64,000 nt of DNA from Octopus vulgaris (Eukaryota). The stretch covers positions 13,206,001 through 13,270,000 of the forward strand of contig OX597818.1 of assembly GCA_951406725.2 (NCBI GenBank), read 5' to 3'. The notes under the pieces were generated by a model, which was not told the origin of the DNA, did no database searches, and saw nothing but the letters and a program-made list of their open reading frames with translations. Shown piece by piece: positions 1-14,848 of the stretch (position 1 is its first letter; the number at the start of each line of letters is the position of its first letter). Both the position numbers and the translations under genes were made by a program.

Positions 1-14
1 GGATTCGATAAACG

Positions 15-197
<183 letters not shown>

Positions 198-329
198 TAC
201 ATTTCCCTATTGATGGGCTGTATATGGTTAGGAGACAAATTGATTAGTAATATGTAAACGATAATTTATGTGTAATTTGAATGATCCTTCATACTTGGAG
301 TCTTGATGATATATATATTAGCATAGATG

Positions 330-364
<35 letters not shown>

Positions 365-419
365 TGTGCCTGTCTGTGAGTGTGTGTTTATTTTGTAACT
401 ATGTTTCTCCCCACTTGAG

Positions 420-548
420 AAACTGCTCTTGATGTATTGACACCCACGTAACCTAGCAGTTGGCTTTAAAAAGATAGTATAGTGGGGTCGATCTGTGAAG
501 GCCGTGGGCAAGCATGGCCTTAATATAATGACTGAAACAAAAGATAAG
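420..548 (+). mobile_element. Degenerate 3' fragment of SINE family 1
   Basis: ggggtcgat...agcatggcc...atgactgaaacaa matches the 3' half of the copy at 3482-3916. Confidence 0.6.
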
Positions 549-719
549 ATATGTGTGTATGTGTGTGTCTGTGTGTGTGCGTGTTTTGAATTGTGAGTGT
601 GAATGTTTGTGTGTATAAATTTATAAAGATATGCATATATATGTATATATATCTATATACACATACATATATTCTATTATACATGTATACGCAGGTTTAC
701 TGTATAATTTTTAGGTCTC

Positions 720-759
<40 letters not shown>

Positions 760-831
760 TGTATCTGTATGTGTGTCTGTGCGTGTGTGTGAACGTGTGT
801 GTATATATATATATACATATTCTTTCTTTCT

Positions 832-1185
832 TTTTTCTTTTACTTGTTTCAGTTATTTGACTGCGGCCACGCTGGAGCACCGCCTTTAGTCGAGCAAATC
901 GACCCCGGGACTTATTCTTTGTAAGCCCAGTACTTATTCTATCGGTCTCTTTTTGCCGAACCGCTAAGTGACGGGGGATGTAAACACACCAGCACACAAA
1001 CACACACACATACATATATATATATATACATATATACGACAGGCTTCTTTCAGTTTCCGTCTATCAAATCCACTCACAAGGCATTGGTCGGCCCGGGGCT
1101 ATAGCAGAAGACACTTGCCCAAGATGCCACGCAGTGGGACTGAACCCGGAACCATGTGGTTGGTTAGCAAGCTACTTACCACACA

Positions 1186-1188
<3 letters not shown>
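832..1188 (-). mobile_element. tRNA-derived SINE family 1 (CORE-like centre, internal TA/CA microsatellite)
   Basis: Reverse complement is highly similar to 3482-3916. Minus strand has A-box-like GGCTGTGTGGTAAG, B-box-like GGTTCAGTCC and CORE-like CTTGGGCAAGTGTCTT. Confidence 0.85.
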
Positions 1189-1240
<52 letters not shown>

Positions 1241-1587
1241 ATATATATGTATGTGTATATATATATATTATATATTATATTATATATGTGTGTATATATA
1301 TATGTGTGTGTATATATGTATATATATATAGATACTTATACATTCAAACACACACACACACAAACACACACACATATATATAGGCAGAAAGATACATATA
1401 TTACATATATAGGCAGTTACATACTTAGATAACTAGTTTGAAAGTATCTTATAACTTCTCTCAAGTCTACCAATGTTTCTTGTATACACGGATACACGCA
1501 CAAATACATGTGGGTGTATATATATGTATGTGTATTTGGAGATTTTTAAAATACATTTACATACACATCTAAATACACTTGCATATG

Positions 1588-1682
1588 TATGAGGGGTGTA
1601 TGAAAAGTTTTGAGCCTTGAAATCTTCTATCTTCATCAGAAATGTTTTATTGAGGTTCGAGACTTTTCATTCACACCTCGTA
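1588..1682. mobile_element. Mariner-type MITE (~95 bp)
   Basis: 30-nt terminal inverted repeats including TA ends (tatgaggggtgtatgaaaagttttgagcct vs reverse complement tacgaggtgtgaatgaaaagtctcgaacct; 24/30 by manual count). TACGAGG-type terminus. Confidence 0.7.
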
Positions 1683-1702
1683 TATGCATATTCATACATA
1701 CA

Positions 1703-1736
<34 letters not shown>

Positions 1737-1751
1737 CCTATATATATATAT

Positions 1752-1790
<39 letters not shown>

Positions 1791-1985
1791 ATACAATATT
1801 TACATTACTCGGTAGTCAAGATACATATGCCGAAGTGAAATACATACATACATACATACATATATACCATAAAATATATAAAAATATAAAATATATAAAA
1901 TCTTCTGGACATACCAGACATTTCTATCCGTTTTCTTATATAGTCACGTGGGCATATCGAAAGTTCTGTCCTTGTATTTAGACAT

Positions 1986-2060
<75 letters not shown>

Positions 2061-2590
2061 ATAAGAGGGCGCTTGATTGAGTGCTTGTGTGGCATACTCT
2101 TCAATGTGTTTTGTGCATAGCTAAATGTCGATTATAACATAAATAAGATTTTGGCCAGATGTAAGCCCTATACTAACGCAGCGGAAGGTCGGTTATACAT
2201 AGACTATTGAAAAGCTGACCCTACCCACATCGGACAGATCGGATCATCCCACATTATAAATTTCTGTTACGTTTGGTCCCCAAGAAAACGGATAGAACAT
2301 GTTTCTATGTCCCAAGAAGATTTATATATTTTATATATTTTTATATATTTTTTATATTTTTATATAATTTTTATGACGAAAATGCCATGTATATAGCAGC
2401 AAAGCAGAGTTTAGTAATTTCCTTCATTTAACGGTATTTTTTCATAACGTTTCAATAAGATAGAAGAGATGGTGTTGTGATTTACTGGCATCTGAAACTC
2501 GAGTTTATCTTGACTAGAGTAATGTAACATATTGTATAGATAATTTATTTACAATATTGAGGTCTCTTTCTTTCTTTGTTATCTTACCGT

Positions 2591-4345
<1,755 letters not shown>

Positions 4346-5814
4346 ATATATATATTTATATGCATAATTGTATAAATATTTATGAAAATAAAATATGTGA
4401 GTTGGTATGTTAGTACACATCCTATATCCAGTGTATAAGTTTCATACAACTTTTATTCACGTTCCCCATCACCATGCAAACAGTTATCTCTTTCAGTTGA
4501 TGTCCAACGTATCAAGATACTATTTATATTCATATTGCTTCACCAGTAAAAATTCAAAGCCCCTAATTTTGTGACAATCAAGCACCGCTGGTTATATGCT
4601 TCTTGCGATAAATTAAGTGACGGAAATGTTAGAAATTCAAATTACTCTTTAATAAGATGATAGCAGGGATATGAGAAAAACATTGTACAATGTGGATCTT
4701 CGTTTATACTAGTTTCTACTTATAAGGTAGCATCCACTGGGATTAGAGGACTGATGATTTGCAGCTTATTTCTATGAAATTCATATAAATTGTTATGTTA
4801 CAAACAATATTTAATTCACTTGTAAACTTGCGTCAACTCTTGTATACTTCTATATTTATGGATATATTTATATACACATCTGACTCGCATGTACTAGTAA
4901 TGGGTTTTCATAAGCATGCAAGTAAGATAGAAAGAAAGAATGTTAGATGATATTATTCGTGTATACTTATGAGCATTTATGAACAAATTAAATTAATACA
5001 ACTAAACCGAAATGAATAAAATATTTTCATAAATGAGGATTGAGTCCGAATCACAAACGAAATATATTACACACGTCAAACATAAATACATTTATGCGAG
5101 AAATCAAACAATAAAAGGATGTGCGTAAAGAAGAATATAGCAGAGGAAAGGAAGGGAAGATACTAGATGTGTGAGTAATCAATATCTGTATGTGTGTCTA
5201 TCTGTGTGTGTATGTATATTTATTTTTTAGGGATGTGAATGTGAGCCTGTATATATGCGAGTGCATGAGCGTGTATGTTTGCGTGTCTATAGGAATAACG
5301 GTAGTTCGATGAGTGACAAGATCTTTAGAAATAAGAATCGCAAAACGCACTAGTAGTTGTTCGTGCTCTTAACGTTGTGAATACAAATCCTATTATCAAA
5401 TTTACTTTTGATACTTCCGCATGAGATAAATTAAAGTATCTTTCAACTATGGAATGCATCTTATCGACTGTTGACATATGGCAACATGTGGTGGGCTAGC
5501 ATCGAGTAGTAAACACATTTTTTCTCTCAGCCGTGCAACATTTACAACAGGTATGGTGTAACACCTGTTGGAGTAAACTGTTAGTCATTACTGTTTATCT
5601 GCAAGACCCTACATTTCAACCAACACAACACGCGCACACAAAGACGGAGGCTTACAAATACAAACACTTGAGAATAACGCACATAGACAATCTGTGTCCT
5701 TCTCTCTTTCTTTCTCCCTCAACCTCATCGCAATCTGTATCTCTCTTTCAGCCTATCTTTCCATTTATAACTCGACGATAAGTTGCCCCATCAGAAAAAG
5801 AAAATTGTGGCTCG

Positions 5815-5978
5815 AAGAAGAAGCAGCAGAAGAAGAAGAAGAAGAAGAAGAAGAAGAAGAAGAAGAAGAAAAAGAAGAAGAAAAAGAAGAAGAAGAATTA
5901 GTATTGTTGTTGCTCTTGGTGGTGGTATTAATTGCAGTAAAAGTAAAAGATTACAATCACTACTACTAACTAGTATGC

Positions 5979-6051
<73 letters not shown>

Positions 6052-6074
6052 ATTATTATCATTATTATTATTAT

Positions 6075-6149
<75 letters not shown>

Positions 6150-6406
6150 TGGTGGTGGTGGTGGTAGTAGTAGTAGTGGTAGTGGTGGTGGTGGTAGTAG
6201 TAGTAATAGAAGAAGAAGAAGGAGAAGAAGAAGAAGGAGAAGAAGGAAAAGAAGAAGAAGAAGTAGAGGGAGAAAAAGAAGAAGAAGAAGAAGAAGAAGA
6301 AGAAGAAGAAGAAGAAGAAGAAGAAGAAGGACAAGAAGAAGACGAAGAAGAAGAAGGAGAAAAAGAAGAAGACGAAGAAGAAGAAGAAGGAGGAGTAGAA
6401 GAAGAA
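5815..6406. repeat. Compound triplet microsatellite (GAA)n-(ATT)n-(GTA/GTG)n-(GAA)n
   Basis: Directly visible; explains the poly-E/L/V ORFs. Confidence 0.95.
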
Positions 6407-6899
6407 ATGTAGGAAAGAAGCTTTTAAATGCATCACTGTTCATTGGTACTTCACCAGAACCCAAATAAGCACAAAGTTTTTTGAAAGATATAAAATCAGA
6501 TTGCATGCTTAATTTACTTAAAAACAATTATTTGGCGTGTTCTTCGGGTACAACATATAGTACGAAATCATATAAATCGAGTGAATGTCTAGTGGAAAAT
6601 GAAATGCAAATGTACCTGAATATACAATTTCACGTAACTTTTAATATAAGTCACGTATATAATAGATATGTTTCCACATTTGATGTAAAATAAAACAACT
6701 TTCCGAAGAAAGTGTGTATGAAAGAACCGATGCACAAATCTCATAAGAACAGCCACACTGTCATGTATTTATAAATTGTTTTAGAATAGAGAAGAACAGA
6801 AGATATTCGACCGAAGTTCGTCATAATTCATTTGTCTGTTTCAAAAATAATTTAATTTACTATGTTTAAAAAGTTTCTTTAACCTAACCAACGTGTTTA

Positions 6900-7252
6900 A
6901 AATTGCGCTTTCTTGGAAATGAAAATGAGGGTGGAGAAGGAAATTCTGCCTCCCAGCAGTTTTGTAAAAGGTGGGAGAATGTCGCAAGGACGGTCCGAGT
7001 GAAGGTGTCTACTCTAAGCATGAGACTGTAAGTTGAAGATGGACAATGTAAACGGGGCACTAGCCGTAGTGGTCAGGGCGACCGTGGTTTTTGTGGGGTC
7101 TCCATGAGCAGCCTTAGAAAGTTTCCCTCTTTTGGCGATTTATTCATTCTTATAAATTTTTCATTGTTACTGTTTATTTTTCTTACGTATATTATGTAAC
7201 CCCATATTGTATTCGTCTGTACAGTCCCCACCCTTAGTGATTAATAAAGACA
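6900..7252 (+). mobile_element. 3' end of L1/Tx1-like LINE (ORF2 C-terminus + 3'UTR)
   Basis: Translates KMRVEKEILPPSSFV, then after a frameshift RWENVART, similar to KVRVEREVLSSECF at the C-terminus of the element at 27244-29110. Ends in AATAAAGA. Confidence 0.6.
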
Positions 7253-7320
7253 TAATTATCATCATAGTCATTATCATTATTATCATCATCATCATCATCA
7301 TTATCATCATCATCATCATC

Positions 7321-7688
<368 letters not shown>

Positions 7689-7813
7689 CACTATTATTAT
7701 TATTATTATTAATAATATTCATATTATTATAATCATCACTATCATCGTCGTCGTCATCATCGTCGTCGTCATCATCGTCGTCATCATCATCATCATCATT
7801 ATTAAATTGGCGA

Positions 7814-8024
7814 AGGCAGTTAGCTGGCAGAATCGTTAGCACGTCGGGCGAAATGCTTAGCAGTATTTTGCCTGGCGTTACGTTCTGAGTTCAAATTCCG
7901 CTGAGACAGACTTTAATTTTCATCATTTCGAGGTCGATTAAATAACTACCAGGTACGCATTGGGGTCAATAAAATCGACTTAATCCTCTCCTCTAAGCTG
8001 CCCTTGCGGCAAAAATTTGAAATC
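7814..8024 (+). mobile_element. SINE family 2 copy (tail B)
   Basis: Same head and centre as 32538-32752; tail GCTGCCCTTG..AAAATTTGAAA. Confidence 0.8.
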
Positions 8025-8035
8025 ATTATTATCAA

Positions 8036-8248
8036 GGGGCGAGCCGGCTGAATCGTTAGCACGCCGGGCGAAATACTTTGCGAAATTTCACCCGTCGCTA
8101 GGTTCTGAGTTCAAAGTCCACTGATGTCGACTTTGGCTCTCATCCTTTCGGAGTCGATAAAGTAATTACCAGTTGAACAGTGGGGTCGATGTAATCGATT
8201 CATCCCCCCACCCCCACAAAATTGCTGCTCTGTGGCGAAATTTGAAAC

Positions 8249-8249
<1 letters not shown>
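8036..8249 (+). mobile_element. SINE family 2 copy (tail B)
   Basis: Head GAATCGTTAGCACGCCGGGCGAAAT; centre CATCCTTTCGGAGTCGATAA..TACCAG. Confidence 0.8.
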
Positions 8250-8302
<53 letters not shown>

Positions 8303-8337
8303 CATTATTACTTTTATTATTATCATTATTTACTTTA

Positions 8338-8551
8338 ACGCGGCAAGCTGAAAGAATCGTAATTGCGCCGGGCGAAATGCCTAACCCTATTTCATCCGTC
8401 TTCATGTTCTGAGTTCAAATTACGCTGAGATCGACTATGCCTTTCATATTTCGGGGCATATAAAATAAGTACCACTTGAGTACTGAGGTCGATGTAATCG
8501 ACTAGCCCTCTCCACAAAATTACTGCCCTTGTGCCTTTAGTAAAAAGGGTC
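8338..8551 (+). mobile_element. SINE family 2 copy (A/B-intermediate tail)
   Basis: Fourth co-oriented copy of the cluster; same diagnostic motifs. Confidence 0.8.
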
Positions 8552-10465
8552 ATTATTATTCCCGTCACACATAAATTTGCTAGCTGTCAGACGCAACATA
8601 ACTTTATATCTTAATGTAATTTCGTTTGCGTGGCTTATTTACTCACTAAGTACTTTCTTCTACCTTAATGTAAATACTGAAACAGAAACCAGAAACGTTA
8701 GAATTCTATGTGGTGGGGAAGTATCACACTAGTTTACGCATTATTTTTTTGTTATTATTATTGAATGTGCTTATTATGCGTGGCTTATTTGTTATAGTCT
8801 ATAGTTTTCAAAATACCTAATGAAAATGAGAGGAAATTAAAGAAAAGAAAATTTGAAAAGATATTTCAAAAATGAAAATAAAAAATAAAGCATATAGAAA
8901 CAATGTAAAACACACTATCGAGAATAATAAAGTTACAAACCTTTAAATATTTATAGAGAATACGAATAACTTCCATAATTACGTAAAGAGAAAATAAAAC
9001 GAAATATAAGTCCTCGAATTTTACGTCCAGAATACTTTATGCGATGAGAGCAAATGAAAATATAGCGATTGGTACGCCAGTTCGCGCATTCAGACAGGTT
9101 ATAGGATGTGCGTATACATGCGTTGCAAGAGCTGACGCGATATATATCTCAGGTGCAGATAATAACTGTATGGCGCGCCACTAAAGAATTGTTTGCGGGT
9201 CGGTATGTATGCACACACACACACACACAACACACACACGCACACACATATACACACGCTTGATAGACACACACGTGGGTGTACATAAGTAGGTTTATTA
9301 CTTTATAGCAATGTTTGCGTTTTTTCCTCGTTTCTCATCATTTCTCTTTGTTTTTTTCTCATCATTCTCTTCCAGACTATCCCTCTTCTATTTTCCCTAA
9401 CAAATCTATCTCACTTTTTCCTAACTTTCGCTCACCCTTACTCTTTCTTTAGCTCTTTCTCCCTCTCTCTCTTACTCTCTCTCTCCCTCTCTCACACACA
9501 CACTCTATATCTCTCTTTCTCTCTGTCACACACACTTTTACTCACTACCTCTCATAATACTACTCCTTCCTTCTTTACATTCAGTAAGCCACCTTTGTCA
9601 ATATGTCGATGTTTATACTTTACATATATGTACAAATGTATAGATGTAATATTAACCAGAGACGTCTGCATATGATTCTAAAGTCACTAATACGTGCAAA
9701 TGAAGCATGTATCACGAGCTAGCAAGTACTGATATTTCGAATATAAATATTTATATGTGTGTTTGTGTGTTTATATGTGGGATGTGTGTGTGTATACACA
9801 AATCTATCTCCCTAGAACCGAGTCCGAATATCATGTTCTGATGTTTATTCACATTTAGATAACGTGTACTGCTATGTTTGTGGGTATATGCGGGAACTCA
9901 TGGAATACACACTTACACACATACAAGCACTCAGTCAATCATGCACAGTCAGGAACACGCACGCACACACACACACATATAAGCATGCACGCAAACGAAC
10001 ATTTTCCGTGTGTGAGCGATTATAAATATATTTTGTGTTCGTGTGTCTGTCTCGACGTCAGTTTGCGAGCTAAACAATGCACATGAGTAATTGAATCAAC
10101 AGCTACACAGTCGCATACGTGCATGGGCGCACTCACGTTTATGTATGCGTCTACTAGAGCGTGTGCGTACGTATGTGCATGTATGTGGTCGCATTTAATC
10201 GTATGTGCGCGAGTATACTTGTCCTGGCGTATATATTATATATTCTTATGCATGCAGAAGTAGATTCCCTTATGCGTATCAGAACATGCTGAAGACAGTC
10301 TTATACATATATACGCATGTGTATTTTCATCTGCTAAAAACATTCCATTTTACCATAAAACTAATAGTTTTTCTTCTCGCCTCTTTATCATTTTTATTTA
10401 TTCTTCTCTGCGGTTTGTATCCCTTCAAATCCAGTTAAAAAGTTCACCTAAGTTTCCACAGAAGC

Positions 10466-10557
<92 letters not shown>

Positions 10558-10563
10558 ATGTAT

Positions 10564-10604
<41 letters not shown>

Positions 10605-10626
10605 TCCATATCCATATCTTTAACGA

Positions 10627-10681
<55 letters not shown>

Positions 10682-11229
10682 ACATATATATATATACATA
10701 TACATATATATATATATAAGCATGCTGAAACTTTTAAGAATATTTCGCAACAAATAAGTTCCGGATCTGATGAAAGTACCTGCCTTCTCTTAGTACTGCC
10801 GTTTTATCACCGGGTCGTGCTATAACGTGTGTGAATACAGGTAAACGGAAATTGTACCGAATCCCGTCGAGTGAACAGTAACCTTAATTCAGATGGTAGC
10901 AGCTTGTCACAACTTATCAGGCTTTTTGAGAATGACATTATGTACTAACAAGCCTTTTGTTTAGTTAACCGTTGACACTTTTTCTTTTATTCGCGAACAA
11001 GCGATTAAGTAGATCGAATAATGGACTACTAACCGTCGATAGTGGTGGTAATGTTGGCAGATTCAACAACATTACCACCACGACCACTGGAGTTCAATAC
11101 AGATGGACTTTTAAGTTAGATGAATAGTTAACCGTTCAAAAAACGAAATGCAAAATCAATATAAATGTTAGATGCACATTATATACACTGAAGGAAGGAC
11201 ACGTAAGTGATGAAATCTCACGTGTATAC

Positions 11230-11308
<79 letters not shown>

Positions 11309-11412
11309 CATATACATACACATATGTATGTATATAGATATATATTATATATATATAAATACATATATAGTATGTATTGATATGCGTGTGTGTCTATATA
11401 TGTGTGCATGTT

Positions 11413-11461
<49 letters not shown>

Positions 11462-11465
<4 letters not shown>

Positions 11466-13085
11466 AATCCAAACAAGATCAAGAAAGAAAAAAAAAACAA
11501 CGTGAGGACGTGGAATAAGTACAGTGTTATTGGACGCTCAGGAAAGGAAAGAAAAGAAAGAGGATTTCACGTTTCTAGTGGAGCTTTTCATCAGAAATAT
11601 TGAAATGACCGGAAGGGAATGGTTAAAGAAAAAGTTCTTTCTAAGACAGGAGAGTGCAAGAGAAGAAAGTATGTGTCTGTATGTGTGAGTATATGCGTGT
11701 GTGTGTGTGTGTGTGTGCATGGTTGTTGCTGTTTATGTATGTGTATGTTTGGACTTAGTGTAACTTAAGGAACTAGGAAGAATTTATAGTAAGAATTTTG
11801 GTAGGAGTGGCTGTCTGTTGTGTGTCTCCCGCACACACTCTCACACACACATACACACACGCACAAACACACACACATATATATATATATATACATTGAT
11901 ATGTGTGTGTGTATCCTTCTTGTATTAACTGTCGGAAACAAATGACTGAATACCATGGTAGGGATTAATGATATATTTGGGTTCAGTTTACCACTACAGG
12001 AGGGGAGAGGTAGAAAGTGGGTAGGAATGAAGACTGGAAGTAGGTGGCAGAGCAAGAAAGGAGAGGAGTTGGGAGGGTGAGAGAAAGTAGGTGTGAGAAG
12101 AAGAGAAGAGGTACGTGTCAGAGCAAGAGTGGAGGTGAGTGGGAGGAAATAGGTGTGAGAGGAAGAGAGGAGGGAGGAGTAGGGTTATATGACGTGGGAC
12201 GGAGAGTTAATTTCATGTGACTGAAAGTAGCGAAGAGAGAAGATTAATGCCTGTTCACGTTGAAGGCGGGAGTCCACATGGTCCCTGTGCGAGGACAATC
12301 CGAACACAGACAGGTGTTGTTAAGAATGACCGGTAGGGCGGAAATGACGCGAGACCGGGGTGTCGTTACCTAGTCTGATGCCTCAGAGGTGTTCTGCGAA
12401 CCGGTCAGCCAAGCGGCGTCCCGCTTGACCGATGTACAGCAAAGGACTCAGAGTGCAGCAAATGCAGTAGATGACGTTCTTAGAAGTGCAGGTGAAGGGG
12501 TCAGTGATATGATAGGGTCGATGATGGGTGCCTGCGAGGAGGGTGGTGTTGGAGAGGTAATGGCAAGTGCCGCAACGTGGGTGGGAGCAGGGGAACGAGC
12601 CAGGCTAGGAAGTTGCGTTAGAGAAAAAGCTGTGGTCCAAGAGATCACGTAGGCTGTGGGCTCGTTTGAAGGAGGGGTCGGTTAGGGAAGATGTGAGAAG
12701 TGGAGGGATCGTTCTGGAGTGGCCTAAAGGATCGGAGAATGGTGCGTTGGAGAGGTAGAGTTGTCGGGTGGTAGGTAAGGGGAAACGGGAGACCGGTGAC
12801 GGGGAATGGATGCGGGGGAGAGAGCACATGCACGGTCCACGGAACGTGCTATGGCAAGGACGGTGTGGATAATGGTGAGGCGATATTCACGTAAGTTGAA
12901 GTGGCGAGCCATGAGTTGAGTCTGAGTCTCAAAGTCATGGTTGTCATTGCAGAGCCTGCGTTGGCGAACGAATTGAGAATAGGGGATAGAGAGCTTAGTG
13001 TGTTCAGGATGGGACGAAGAGAAGTTTAGGCATGAGTGTGAGTCTGTGTGTTCGTAGTGGATGGAGGTGGTGAAAGTGGAGTCCT
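11462..13085 (-). mobile_element. Penelope-like element, 5'-truncated and disrupted (RT thumb + GIY-YIG + probable pLTR)
   Basis: Minus strand gives HTDSHSCLNFSSSHPEHTKLSIPYSQFVRQRRLC (PLE RT thumb), then FTCTSKNVIYCICCTLSPLLYIGQAGRRLADRFAEHL (GIY-YIG). HHR-like CTGATGA..GAAACG lies downstream at 11566-11594. Confidence 0.9.
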
Positions 13086-13380
13086 CCATAGTTTACTTTT
13101 TGTTTTCGTTCTTTTACTCTCCTGCCTTTCTAGCAAATCTCTCCTCTTTCTTTTTCCCTGGTTTCTTCCGTCCTCTGTTCTTCGTTTTTCATTCTGTTTA
13201 TGATATACTTGTCCCACCATCGTACTTTATGACTGAAAAGTTATAACTATACATGTTTCCGTCAATTATGCAGTAAGAACTCGTCTGAATACCTGTTGTA
13301 GTAGACTGGCCCCAAATTCACTATCATTAATTCTAAACATGGTATCCAGTCTTTTGATTCCGTCAATATTAGACACACAC

Positions 13381-13418
<38 letters not shown>

Positions 13419-13419
13419 A

Positions 13420-13488
<69 letters not shown>

Positions 13489-13513
13489 CATATATATATG
13501 TGTATATGCACAT

Positions 13514-13542
<29 letters not shown>

Positions 13543-13544
<2 letters not shown>

Positions 13545-14497
13545 CCGGCCTTAGCAAACATATTCTGTTTGTTTTGCTAGAAAGAGGTAGAAACTGATCA
13601 GTCGTTTGTTTTGCTAGAAAGAGGAAGACACTGATCAGTCCGAGATGCATCGTTAATGGTAAATGTTTTTGATTTTCACTCTCGATAAATTAATCCCTTT
13701 TTTTTGTGCCCCTAGCACTTGGCATACTTATTTAGGAGCCCTTAATTATATTTCTATATGAATGATATTTTTCTGTATGAATAATATTTTGTCTAATGAC
13801 TAATTCGTCTTTTGTCCTGGGCCACTGGTAGTAATCTATATTATTACCCTTGTTTATATTCACATATTACTTAATGGATTTATTCGTAAAATTTTTTTCC
13901 CGGCTTGCCCTATATCACCGGGTAGATTTTGCGTCTGCGCAGAGATTTGAAAAGTTAATATCTGCAAGTTGTTGAGATCAACACATGGTCTAACGCACTG
14001 CGCTACTCGATTTAACTTAGGCGTCTCGCTGATGAAACCGGCCTTAGCAAACATATTCTGTTTGTTTTGCTAGAAAGAGGTAGAAACTGATCAGTCGTTT
14101 GTTTTGCTAGAAAGAGGTAGAAACTGATCAGTCGTTTGTTTTGCTAGAAAGAGGTAGAAACTGATCAGTCCGAGATGTATCATTAATGGTAAATGTTTTT
14201 GATTTTCACTCTCGATAAATTTATCCCTTTTTTTGTGCCCCTAGCACTTTGCATCCTTATTTAGGAGCCCCATAATTATATTTCTGTATGAATAATATTT
14301 TGTCTAATGACTAATTCGTCTTTTGTGCTGGGCCACTGGTAGTAATCTATATTATTACCCTTGTTTATATTCACATATTACTTGATGGATTTATTCGTAA
14401 AATTTTTTCCCGGCATGCCCTATATCACCGGGTAGATTTTGCGTCTGTGCAGAGATTTGAAAAGTTAATATCTCAAGCTGTTGAGATCAACACATGG
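13543..14497 (+). repeat. Direct tandem repeat of a ~0.5-kb unit with internal 37-bp subrepeats
   Basis: 13543-13988 recurs almost exactly at 14036-14497. The 37-mer tttgttttgctagaaagaggtagaaactgatcagtcg occurs 2x in unit 1 and 3x in unit 2. Confidence 0.95.
14021..14178 (+). ncRNA. Type I hammerhead ribozyme (predicted)
   Basis: Stem I GCGUCUCG/CGAGAUGU; core CUGAUGA (14029-14035); extended stem II (ACC/GGU, UAGCAAA/UUUGCUA); GAAA; palindromic stem III ACUGAUCAGU; GUC triplet ending at 14170. Confidence 0.75.
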
Positions 14498-14560
14498 AAA
14501 TACAAAATGGCTGACGGTTAGTAAGGAGAGACACAAACAAATAAGAAAGAAGAAAACAAA

Positions 14561-14605
14561 GGACCACTGATGCGGTCACAGGAGTGTGACGAAAGAACTC
14601 TGGCC
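14561..14605 (+). ncRNA. Minimal type I hammerhead motif, variant core
   Basis: CCA-CUGAUGC-G-GUCAC(aggagu)GUGAC-GAAA-GAAC-UC-UGG. A9 is replaced by C, so possibly inactive. Confidence 0.6.
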
Positions 14606-14780
14606 GAAATAAGATTAAGATTAATGTAAAAAATAAATATCACTGAAGCAAAATAACACCAAATATATAGTGCGTGTGTTTTTATTGGCTAAACTGGCAA
14701 TATGACCATTCCGAAATATAACAATATATGTTTCAACACGCGACTTCACATAAAAAATCTTGCACAATAAATATCTAAAC

Positions 14781-14822
<42 letters not shown>

Positions 14823-14848
14823 CTTTATTTAAAGCAGCAGAAAATTCT

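Noticed and set aside
5694-6527. Poly-E/L/V/I ORFs up to 209 aa
   Set aside because: Stop-free triplet microsatellites.
9060-10260. Locally CpG-richer stretches as a promoter
   Set aside because: Mostly degenerate purine-pyrimidine alternating sequence; no supportable promoter or exon.
14061-14170. 37-bp repeats as a CRISPR array
   Set aside because: Contiguous repeats without spacers, eukaryotic context, no cas genes.
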